Assembly: GCF_000143415.4 (NCBI RefSeq)
Contig: NW_003314307.1
Coordinates: 11,369 to 75,368 of the forward strand
Direction of reading: 5' to 3'
From: Selaginella moellendorffii
Lineage: Eukaryota > Plantae > Lycopodiophyta
Length of the DNA stretch: 64,000 bases
In this document: positions 12,858-24,000 of the stretch, one piece after another
Layout of the letters: every line of letters begins with the position of its first letter
Numbering within the stretch: position 1 is the first letter of the stretch
Notes under the pieces: generated by a model
What the model was told of the DNA's origin: nothing
Database searches by the model: none
Seen by the model: the letters and a program-made list of their open reading frames with translations, nothing else
Translations under genes and position numbers: made by a program

Positions 12858-14005
12858 TGTAAGGAACCAACTCGCCGAGGTGTCGTAGGCTAAGGGAACC
12901 CTGAAAGCATGACCAAAATGACAAAGAGTTCATCGGATGGGACCAAGTCAAAGATCGAGTCCAAGACCGACTCTAGGACCGAGTTCGAGATCGAGTCCGG
13001 AATCGAGTCCGAGACCGACTCGGGGACCGAGTTCGAGTCCGAGTTCGAGACCGAGTTCGAGACGGAGTCCGAGATCCGAAATCGGGTCCGAGACCGAGTC
13101 CGAAGTCGAGTCCGAGGTCGGGCCCGAGATCGGGTCCGAGATCGAGTCCGCGATCGAGTCCGAGACCGAATCCGAAGTCGGATCCGAAATCGGATCCGAG
13201 ATCGAGCCAGAGACTAAGTCCAAATACTAATACGGGTCAAGGGGTGAAAGCCCAAAGCGTGCGTCCCCCAGGGGGGGGGGGCTGCAGGGGGTTCCAAAAG
13301 TATAGTAGGGATAGTGAGGTCCAGGAACCAGTTTTGAAGGGACTCTCCAGTTGGGCTTCCAAACCGACTTGAGGTTGGGACTGGGACTAAGGGGCCTTGG
13401 GTGGGAGTGAGCATGGACTTGGCTGGTGCCGGAGGGGCCATCCAAGGAAGTGCTCAAGAGCAGCTCCCACTCCCGAAAGGGAAACCGATTGCGGTGCTCC
13501 CGGCTCATGTGGAGTGGTGCCCCACTTGAGTACCATGCGGCTCATTGGTCCTCGCCCTTCCAAGGGGCTTGGGCCTTCCTTCGGGATGGAAGTGGGGGGC
13601 GAGAGGTACCCATACCGGGCCGTTAGGCCACGGTGTTTCGCCCCGGCGTCCCGAAGCAAGTGTTGCACTCAAGACTTGGGATTTAGAGGGTCCCATGATC
13701 AAGTCTTGTGGTACCAAGGGATGTTAGGAACCTGGAAGCTTGGTGTGCTTGGCTGCTTGTGCTTGCGGGGAGTGTAGCCGAACCTTAAGTCCAGTCTAAC
13801 CCGGGGAGGGGGATTGGGAGTGATTTGGGAATCCGTGGAAGGATGGCTAACACTCCGTTGCTCGTGCAGTGAGTAGCTGAAACCAAGTAGGAGCTGGTAC
13901 CATAGGCGAGAACCTTGGCAAGGGAACTTGGCAAAAGCCAAGGCAGTGTTGGACGGATAGACGAGGTAAGCTGGCAAATTGGAAAGGAAAAATTTGTGGC
14001 TTACA
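12858..14005 (+). repeat. Chromovirus LTR (1148 bp) internal to the chimera
   Basis: TGTAAGGAACC...GGCTTACA. Preceded by PPT GGGTGGTGGAGT and followed by a PBS. Near-identical to the LTRs of element B. Confidence 0.95.
12945..13220. repeat. Degenerate hexamer array (CGAGTC/CGAGAT/CGAGAC) in the chromovirus LTR; copies at ~27825-28100 and ~34212-34490
   Basis: 6-bp periodicity visible; it generates low-complexity spurious ORFs. Confidence 0.88.
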
Positions 14006-14211
14006 ATTTGGTATCGGAGCGGTCTCGGGTCCGACTCTGTTGGTTGGCTAAGGGAATCACACCACATGTTGATTGACATCTGGCTGGTCCAGTTTGCTCC
14101 CGTTGGGCTCGACCCGAGGGGTAGGGTGTCAAGAGAGCGGGGCTCTCAGGAGAGCTGCGGCTCTCAGCTTCCGTTCACGAGGGCGTGAACTTGCAGGGAA
14201 GCGTGGTGGAT

Positions 14212-14405
14212 TGTAAGCAACCAAAGGGAACGACTTGAGAGACGATCCATGGGGTTCAAATATAGAGGGAAAGGGCCCATGAATAAGAGTGCACCCCCTT
14301 TTCCAATCGGTTAAGGGTCTTGGGATATTTGGGGTTAAGCGTCCTTGGGTTTGAATAGTACTGGGCTGGGTGACCTCCCGGGAAGTCCAAACTCAGGAGC
14401 TTACA
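14212..14405 (+). repeat. Cassandra-type 3' LTR (194 bp)
   Basis: Preceded by PPT GCGTGGTGGAT and followed by TSD CCAGA. Confidence 0.95.
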
Positions 14406-17400
14406 CCAGACTAATCAGGTAAATCATTTGGGACTTGCGGAAATGTGTTATAACAACTCACCACATTCAAGTATCGAGGTGAGTCCATAGGAAGTTATCA
14501 ATAGGCGAGATATTGAAGGTTTTGTGGAACTTGGTATGGTCAAGTATCATGAAGAGTTACTTGCAATAGAAGCTTTCACGGTAGAAAGACTCAACATTTG
14601 GAATTTAGTGAGGTATTCATTAGAACAAGCTTAACAAAGGCAAATTAAATATGCAAACCAAAAACACCAGGACGTGGAGTTCCAACTTGAGGAGAAGGTG
14701 TGGCTAATCCCAGATAAAATACACCAGCCACACCCTTAGAATGGTAACACTAAAGTTACTAAGTAGGATTAGTCAGATGTTGAGCCACATGTATTCTTGG
14801 AAATGAACTAATCTTGAGTTCTTTAAGAAGATTTGCAAGGCCTTATAGGATTAAGGCTCAAATGGTAAAGTGGTTTACCACCTTTGACTTCTTTGGGAGA
14901 TTGGGAAGATGCACCTTGTGTTCCATGTGAACTTACTAAAACCATACTTTGAGGATTTGCTTCACAAGGACTAAGTAAAACTTTTAGGTTATCCAAGGGG
15001 AAGAGGAATATGAGGTCAAGGCCATCCTCAATATACGCAAGAGCAAGTGACAAATATGGGTGTTCTATGTTAAGTGAAAAGGATTTCCACTCTGCAAAGT
15101 AACATGGGAATTGGAGAAGAACCTAGGAAACACACGAGATCTAGTGGAGGAATTTTTGCAAGGTAGAACTTTATGTACTTATCAAAACTCAATGAAAGTA
15201 TGTATTTGTGAAATTGAGCAATATCATATATTAGGACTTGAAGGTGTACCAAAGATAATCTAATTAGCATGAGTTAGCTAGGTCAACCAGGAGTATAGAG
15301 ATACACTTGACATCCCACGGGAATGTCAAATTCGTATATATATTCTACGAAGGTTGGGTTCGAGTCCCAACCCCCTAGTAAAGCAAAGTTGGGTTCCAGT
15401 CTCAACCCTATACTAGGGCGTGGTGAGATGATGTCACGAATGTGACTTTGGGTATCAAAAGTTACTTGTCAGCTAGTCCTTACGGACATTTTTTCCTTAC
15501 TACCACAACGGTAGAAGGTCAATATTGCTGGACTTTTATCAGTCTCCGCCTAAGCTAATTGAGAAATTGGTCTTCGCGTGTGCACTTGACCAGATAAGCA
15601 TAAGGACGGAATTCCTAAGTGCTATTAGTTAAACATACTTGACCTAGTTAGAGAAACTCATTTGTTGACTTGCACTTGCTAGTGTTGAGAACCCCCGCAA
15701 TATTGAGCTTGGTCCCTCAATATTAGCTAGATGATAGCTTACCGTGTTTGCCAAACACCCTTGCTATCATTCCCTTTGTGTTAGTCTCATTTCAGTTCCA
15801 AATACTATTTATGGAAAGTGTCTAGATTTGCTCATTTAGCATATCTACAGAATGTAGAGATTGTCTTAAACACAATGGTGTTTGTCTTGTGTCCAAATTC
15901 ACAATCTAGAAACATACCATATTTAGTAAGTTTTGAGCTTGTCCCAAAGACTAACTCCTAGTACTAAGGGAGGCTTGGGGTGAAAGCCCAAAGTGTGTGT
16001 TCCTCAATGGGGGGGGCTGTGGGGGGTTCCAAATGTATAGTAGGGATAGAGGTAGGTTGGGCATGGGCGACCAACCTGAGGCATAGTCTACCTTCTGCTT
16101 GTGTGCTTGTCCTTGTTTTGCATTCGGCTTGGGTTTAAGCTCGAGCTCCACACCATGCTAGCTGGTGGAGTACCCATATCCTTGCATTAGGCCATCGGTA
16201 TGCTGAAATAGCACTAGACTCTATTTGGCTCCGTTTTACGTGTTAGTCTTGGCATTAGGATGTTGGATGCTTTAGGACTGTTCCAAGTCACTCCATGCTC
16301 CTGTCTCTTTGCTCCTTGGGCTATATATTCGGGAGTCATTCCGTGTTCAAGTGCCATTGCTCCTTGGCTCCATGCTTGGGAGTTTGGTACCGTTCCTTCT
16401 TTTAGTGGCCTAAGGCCCTAAAACTTGAGTTCCAGACCATTGTCCTTTGGACATGTGGCATGTGACACGTGGCATCTGTCATGTGGCACAAAGAGGGTTT
16501 AGGTTCTACTTCGTGGTTATCCTTTGGTAAATCACCATAGGATAAAGGGGTCAAAACCACATGCGCTACATTTGGTATCAGAGGGTGAGTCTCGGCAAGT
16601 ACTATCCAATGAGATTGGGCAACTAGTCTCATTGCATACACAGAAATGAAAACGATGATCCAAATGGGTACATGTTTAGGTGCTGAGACTTCGCATTGGT
16701 TCCTTGGGTATTAATTTGGTTACCTTTTTTATACTATAATAATGTGAGCTTGCTCTTGGGCTCATAAGATGAATGTAAGATGTTCTGTTCACACGAGTTT
16801 GTGCTTGGGCTCGTGAGTGAGGCACATTAGCAACTCGAGGTTACACTTTGAGTTGGTAGGATTAATGTTAGCCTATCGGTGGTTCCATAAGTTGTTCCTT
16901 GTACCATGGGTGAAAGTTAACTTCCTCTGGGTTTGCTAAGAGTCACAATTAGGCTAATCTGTAGTTGTTTAGCACGACACTAATGGATCCTTCCTAAGCA
17001 TGATTACAAGTGGATCAACCAAGACTGTAGGGCTTAGTCTATTGGTTCAAGTAGTCATTGCCGTGCTCTCTCATAAATGTTTCTTGGATTGGACTGAAAA
17101 CAATGCGAAAGCAAGCTTGAGGTTTAGCTAAAGATGAGACTGAAAAGAGAGTCATCAGAGATGAAGGATCAAAGACATAAATCATTTTACTCTTCTTGGA
17201 GAGATGATTAGCAATGGTGTGTTAACTCATTACTCGTTTCACGGTATGCAACCAAGAGTCCCTATCTTGGTGCATATTGGAAATGATGGTTTTACAAGTG
17301 GTGAGTTATAACAGTGAAGCATTAAACCATTTTGTCTAAGCTTGCTATTGAAGACTTGGATTGCAATGCTCAATTTTTTTTTTAGAGAATCTTGCTATTG

Positions 17401-17816
17401 TTCCTTGAGTAGCTTGGTGTTGGATTAGTGTTGAGCTTAGTTGTATGAGCTTGTCTGTATTGTGAACAAAATTTAGTAGTGTTAAGTGTTGTAAATCTCT
17501 ATTGGTGGGGTGTGGCATTTATGTTGCATTTTGTCGAATTGAGTTAACATTTGATACTTAGATAAATCTTTGAAGTAGTGATATGGGTATTACTTATTGT
17601 GTTGCTCAATTGAAGATCAAGTCATTGTGATTTTATATCATATCCATATGATAATGAGCAATGTGTTTGCGAAGTTGTTTGGTTAAACAATGATCAACCC
17701 CAAAGTGGTTGATGGTGAAGGTAGTATACTTGCACGAAGTAGCATTGTAGTAGTTTTGACTGGATTCTTGATGGTGGTCTATTATGCTAAATTTAAGTTG
17801 ATTCCTTGTTCCTTGA

Positions 17817-17978
17817 TGTAACGCACCTTATCTCTCTCCCCTTAAGCCAACTAAGAAAAGGCCAATTGCTTGATGAGAGAGCCCTTAGTGGTTATTTTAT
17901 CCCCATTTATCCCTCAAGGTTCCAAGAATCCACAGTGACAGTATATCCAAATTTCATCCCATAATCACATGCGCTACA
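17817..17978 (+). mobile_element. Short (162 bp) LTR-like unit abutting the assembly gap
   Basis: TGTAACGCA...TGCGCTACA inverted termini; the 3' end CACATGCGCTACA is identical to the family T LTR end. Confidence 0.55.
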
Positions 17979-18078
17979 NNNNNNNNNNNNNNNNNNNNNN
18001 NNNNNNNNNNNNNNNNNNNNNNNNNNNNNNNNNNNNNNNNNNNNNNNNNNNNNNNNNNNNNNNNNNNNNNNNNNNNNN
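17979..18078. other. Assembly gap (100 N)
   Basis: Run of N. Confidence 1.
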
Positions 18079-21000
18079 AGAGATGTCAATGTCCTCATTG
18101 ACAATTGACTAATAACCCCTACTGAGCCAAGGGGTATTAGCACCTTCATTTTCGCACTGAATCTACCAATCCTTCCATTGTGTAGACTAGCTATTCCATA
18201 TGAGGCAGTCTCATGGTGGATACCTTTAAGTGATGAAGAGTTTTTCCTTAGGCTTGATTTTTCATGTCATTTTTCTTGTTAGTGTTTGGGCTTCATATTG
18301 GATCTTGAAGGTGATTGAAGAAGAGTGTTAGTGCAATGTGAATATCCGAAGATATGGTTTTCATGATTAGGCCTTGGATGTTCATTTTGCATTTTGCGGA
18401 TGTCAGTGTTGGATATCAGAAATATGGGCATGATGTTCGATGCTTAAGCATACTATGAGTCTCAAGAATTTATGTTGAAGTGAACCTATGTGAAGTTGTA
18501 AGTAGGAAGAAGTTGGTTGAAGTCTTGAAAGTTTGCATTGAAAGTCATTCTTTCTCTAGGATGGAAAATTTTCCATAAATTTTCTTAGACTTTTCCAATG
18601 GTTTATCTATTGATTACTTTGCCCAAAAACCATTCTGTTTTCGTAAGCTAGTATAAACTAGTGAAGGGGTTAGAATTAACTTCAATTAGCTTAGACCTTA
18701 GTAGGTAGTTTGTATGATGCGGCTCAAAAAAGATGCTAACTTTTGGGGCTAAGGCAATTGAGTTGGATAGAGTTTGGAGTTAGTGTCAAAAAGTGGTCAT
18801 TGTGCTTTTCTAATAAAGGTGACCCTTGTGCTTTTCTTTTAGCATTGTGCTAGGTGGCAGGTTACACCTTGCATTTTGTTAAGACTCTATAAGAGTAGTG
18901 AGCTCTTATTGATCTTGACTTGATCTTGGTGGCCCTGTGCCTTGGCTGAGGATAATGATGTCCAACTTAGTTGTTTAAGGTTAAGATGTTGATACATATA
19001 TTATTGCTTTGTCTAAGTGGAGGTTGTGTACCGATATGAGTCTATCTCATGGTCTTTACTTTGGTTTCAACTAAGTGTTGATCATGCATAGCTAGCCTCT
19101 TCAAAAGATGCTTAGAGCTATTGGCTAAATGTGTTAGTGAGCTTATTGCAATTGAGTTGGATTCGAGTAGTTCTTTAGTTCATGCTTGTCCATGAACCTT
19201 TATCTTATACTTGAGATATTATATTCATATTAGATAAGCATATGACCTGATGATATGAGTTTAGAGTTTGGGTTTTGTGAAGGCAAGTTGAAGAGTGATT
19301 ATTAGTTGTTTTGCGAACTAATGATTACTTGTAGACTTTGTCAAGGACTGTTGACACTTCACTCAATGAAGATTTATTAGTGATGGGTTTGCTTTCCCAA
19401 ATGGTGCTGTAGAGGATCGTGTCGTTAAACTTACATGGGTTTTCCATGTTAACATGTCGACTCTACCTTTGTCAATATCATTTGGTTGCATTTAGTCTAT
19501 GGTGTTAGATTTCATTGAGTCTTGGATGTGGTGAATCACTCCTTGATAATGTGTTATCTATTGCTGAGTATTGTTGAAAGTTTAGTCTTAGATACTGAGT
19601 AAGGTATCTTTGACTTTGGTTAACTTGGTTGTTAAAGAGCTTTGAGTGGTGATTTACTTTTGCTTTCTTTTAGCTTTGTTTTGGTGTTGATGGCCTTGAA
19701 GTGATGCTCTGTCATTGACATTGTTGATGTTGAAACTCGAGTGAAATGAGATGTTTCTTTGTAGGATTGATATTGAGTTTCATTAATCTTAATGAAGACA
19801 GTGTTGATAATTTGTTATGGCTTTGTGTTGTTGGCATTTATGCATTTGCTAGTTAGCAACTATGTTGGCGTTGAAATGAGCTGAGTGGTAGGTTTGAGTT
19901 AGTTGCGTTCTAGACAAGATTATTTAGTAATGGTTGAGCTTTGGCTTTTCCTTGAAAAGTGATTCAGTCATGGACTATGCTAGCTTTACGAAATGAAGAG
20001 TTAGTGATTCATATTGAAATGTTTGAATCCTTATTAGATTTGAGTTGAAATATATTGATCATTGATAATTCTTCTTGTGCTTGTTATAAAGTGAGTTATG
20101 TTTTACTATAGATGAATTCATGGCGGATCATTTAGTGATCACTTGTTAAGCATAGTTCCATTGAGCTTAGCTTTTGGATTGATGCAGATATGCTCTTCAT
20201 TAGCTTTGGCATTATGAAGTTTGGTTTATGGATGTGCTAAGGAGGATATTGTGGGTTATACTATAATTTCTTCTTTAGTATTAAAGTTAGTTCATGCAAG
20301 ACTTGTGATCATTATTAAGCAAGACTTGGCTATAGACTTTTTCAAGTTTTTGGTTCTTTGAGTTTTATGCTCATTGTTCCATTTGTTAGGAGTTATTGGG
20401 AAAGGCATTTTTGATTATTAACTTCGATGTTAAAGTTAGCTTTTGCATTTAGCAATCATTGATGATGATTTAGAGGGTTTTGCTTGATTATTATTGTTAT
20501 AGAATGATTTATTGTTCTTCGGGATGGTGGATTCGTTCTTCGACAATAACTATGCATTTTTTTATTGATAGGATGATTGATAGTCTTTCATGATAATTAA
20601 TTATTTTCTTTGATGACTTATGGCTTTTCACAATACCACATGTTCTTTGTGATTTGCTCTAGATTGGTCTCTTGGGTTTGAGACATTAATAAGATATTGC
20701 TAAGACTTGCTTGAGTAACTCTGGTTCCTTGGTATTGTTAACCGGGATTTATTCAGATTGGCTAATGTGATAGTTAGCATGAATCAGTGTTTGTTGGTTT
20801 TACCACATTCATTTTGTTTTGTTGATTATTGCTTGAGTTAGTTCTGATAGATTAGGATGGTATTTCCTTTAGGTGATACAGTCGTGAACATTGTGCTTGT
20901 CAGTTAATGATACTTTGTGTTTTTTGAGTTATCTTAGATAGGTAGTTTGGCATACTGTCTATAATCTTCAGTAGTTAAGTTTTCTTATTGAGTTTACTTG

Positions 21001-24000
21001 ATGATATACTTGCTATTGAATTTTGTTGGATGGTGAATTTGATATTTTCCAAATATAATGATCTTGGTGGTTATAATATTGGTTTATCGGATGATAACTT
21101 ACTTGGAATACTTTGTGTTCTAATTTAAGATTTATCCACTGATAATTAAGTCTCTAAGATATCATTGTCTATGACTTTGATATTGTCCATCTATTGATCT
21201 TTGAGTTTGGGCTAGTATAGGTAGACTGGCTTTGACATTATGTGTGCATGATGAAATCTTTAGTCATGGGGTAGCTACTATCGACTAATCGCATAACCCG
21301 CTTCTCTATCGATGATCCTTATTTTCGTTTAAAAGGGCGTGACCGTGTAAACAACTCTAACTGCCTATTTACAATAGTTTATCTAGACCTTACCAACGGG
21401 TTTGGTTTCTTTGCTCAAAAGGGTTGGGGCCTTTGGCTTCTCTCTTTATGTCCTTACAAGCAGGGGCGTATCACATTTTTGTAAGTTGGGTGACACTTAG
21501 AGTAGCAAGGGTGGCTAACTCCATTGGTTATTTCCTTGTCAGCGATGGCCAGAAGGTGTCTGAGTGGGTAGCGCATCCACATTAGACAAAGAGGTTACCC
21601 TAACTCATTTAAGTTGGTGCATTTCTCACATAGTCTGAATACCATGAACTTTTTCTAGCATTGTTTCCATGGCGGTATTCTAGACTCAAGTATGCATCGA
21701 CGAGGACATCGATCTTCCCTAAGGGGGGGAGAGTGTCGTAAATGTGACTTTGGGTATCGAAAGTCACCTGTCAGCCAGTCCTTACGGACACTCTTTCCTT
21801 ACTGCCACGACGGCAAGAGGTCAGTATTGCTAAATCCTTTATTAGAGAGTTGAGAAGGTATAACTCTCCACTTTAGTTCATATGCGAACATGTAGGTAAT
21901 GTGGTGGATAGAAAGGGGCTAATAAGGGAACGACTTTGGGATCTTGGGAACTGTATAAAGTTTTCTTTAGAGAGTTGAGGATGTGATCCATAAAAGTGTT
22001 TGATTTAGCAAACTGAGTAATGTAGTTGCAATAAACAACTATAGTTGGGATCACAAAAATGAGGGAAACTCCTAGATGATAAAAAAGTCATAAAATTATC
22101 CTTATATAGTTGAGGATGGTGTTGAGATTGGAGTTAGTGGCTGTAGGAGGTTAAATATAGATGAGGACTTATGTCCTTAAAATGGTAGTTAAAACTACCT
22201 CTAATAGATGCTAGAACAACCCAAGGAACTAGGGGTGTACTTAAAGGATGAGTTGGTATTCTCATCATATGGATGGATAGTCTTAAGGGGCAAAAATAGC
22301 CTATAGGGGAATAAAGAATAATCAAGTGTTGGAGTAATACTTGCAAAGATGGTCCTTAAAAGTAGAACATGAATACAAGAAGTTATATTTTAGCGAGCTA
22401 GCACCTCAAAAATAGAACCTTACAAATTGTGGATTAATAAAGTCCAAAAGCTGGATGACTTAAATGGAGTCAAGGAATGGTTCTAAAGGATTGATGGAAG
22501 CATTTGGATTGAGGTGTGTTATAGCCTACAAAGGACAGAAAAGATCATAAGATCTAACTATAAGAACATTGTGTATTTCATTGATGGCAAAATGTGCTAT
22601 ACCAAAGTCATAGGAAGGGTGTTACTGGAAGAAAGTAGCTTTGGTGCAGAGTTGTATGTGAACACTATAGTGCGATGCTAACTAATATTTAGCATGAGAA
22701 ATGATTACTTTAGTCTTGGCAAAGACCTATACACAAGTGGAAAGTGTCATGATAATAGGCTCATGGAGTTGATGGGGTGGAGACCACCAAGTGCCTCAAG
22801 GGATGAAGCCTTGAAGTCAAGTTGGTTGGTTCATGAAAATCCTTTATAGAAAGAATATTAATGGAAATGGGATTGGTATAGCATAAGCTGGAAGGCATAC
22901 AATTCAAGTTTGTAGACTCAAATAATAATGGAGGTGTGGAAGTATTAATAATGAGCTATAGAACTTGACAACTATGAGGCAATTAAGCAAAATATGTAAC
23001 ATAATTGATTGGATTGGTAGGATTTAATTTCCTAAAACTTTTTATTGAGATAAGAAGGTTAAATATATTCTGCAAGAGGATAAATTGCTTATTTTGTGAT
23101 ATAATAAGTCAATATCATAAAGGGAAATACTCATTATCAAAGAAGGTCATCATTGGGACATATTAAACACTCTAAAACACTAGTAAGTGGTGTTTGATAT
23201 CATGAGGGCATTAAATAAAGCCCAAGGGACTACGTCCCTAAAGAATAATGGATATAAAGTGCTATCCAATATTCAAGGTTGCGGAGACAGGAGGAGTCTG
23301 TTTATTTGGATTAGGTAAAGCCAAAAGAGATTTTGGCAAGGCTAGTAATAGGCATATAAAGGCCCATAACTAACAACATTAATCCTGGTGTGTGTATGAT
23401 TACAAGGTGAGCATATCCAAATTGAGGAACCACTCCTTAGGTTATCAAATAAGTTCATCCATAAGAATACTTGTTAAGGCATAGTAGAAAGTGTAAATCT
23501 ATCCTCCTAGCGTGGAGGAGAAGAACCAAAAGAAATATGTTAGGCCAAAAGTAAATAGTAAAGGGATAAAACCAAACTATATAATTAAGAATAGTTATGT
23601 AAGTTAGGAGTGGAGAATCAAGTGGGTGCTCAAAGATGTTGCTACTGGCAATTATGATACCTTAAAGAGTCTAAAGTATGAAATTATCTATATTAAACCA
23701 TGTGACAATTAAAAAGCTTGTAAAAGGAGACGCCTTAGCAAACTAAGGGATAAAGTCCCTTCAATGTTCCCAAAAACAATTTTGGGTAAGTTGATACCTA
23801 GAAAAACAAGTGTAAGTGGTTCATGGGATTGCGCAAAATTAGAGTTGTATAATAGAAGCGTGGTCTTGAAGTTTACTATGAGGTGAGGATATCAGGGTTA
23901 AGGAATTAATTCCCAAGTATTCAAAGAAATAGCTTTAAATGAAAGTCAATGGTTAAGGATTTTCATACTTATGCATGAAACCATGTTATGTTGGTCAAAT

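Larger units (their letters stand above)
8163..14405 (+). mobile_element. Chimeric Cassandra/chromovirus retroelement: Cas LTR - PBS - gypsy gag-pol - PPT - gypsy LTR - PBS - Cas internal - PPT - Cas LTR
   Basis: Outer LTRs 8163-8356 and 14212-14405 are identical (194 bp). Perfect TSD CCAGA at 8158-8162 and 14406-14410. Inner gypsy LTR at 12858-14005. Confidence 0.93.
2935..15431 (+). pseudogene. Old, decayed copy of the Ty3/gypsy chromovirus (gag-PR-RT-RH-INT-chromodomain-3'UTR), host to nested insertions
   Basis: Segments 2935-3034, 4563-4652, 5248-8162 and 14406-15431 are collinear with the intact element but carry stops, frameshifts and many C>T/G>A changes (ORF fragments 6277-6933 RT, 7523-7729 INT). 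Confidence 0.9.
15432..21845 (+). mobile_element. Third LTR family ('family T'): 5' LTR 15432-16570, PBS, ~5.2 kb T-rich non-coding internal region, PPT, 3' LTR truncated after ~110 bp
   Basis: TGTCACGAATGTGACTTTGGGTATC is repeated at 21734 (TGTCGTAAATGTGACTTTGGGTATC). PBS TGGTATCAGAG at 16573; PPT AAGGGGGGGAGAG at 21721-21733. Confidence 0.82.

Noticed and set aside
12909-13777. RD/ES-repeat and other short ORFs repeated at 27068-28350 and 33455-34524
   Set aside because: They lie within LTRs and recur only because the LTRs are duplicated; hexamer repeats lack stops.
8357-14005. Simple nested insertion of a chromovirus into a Cassandra
   Set aside because: Only one chromovirus LTR, no TSD around it, and both junctions coincide exactly with LTR-end/PBS.
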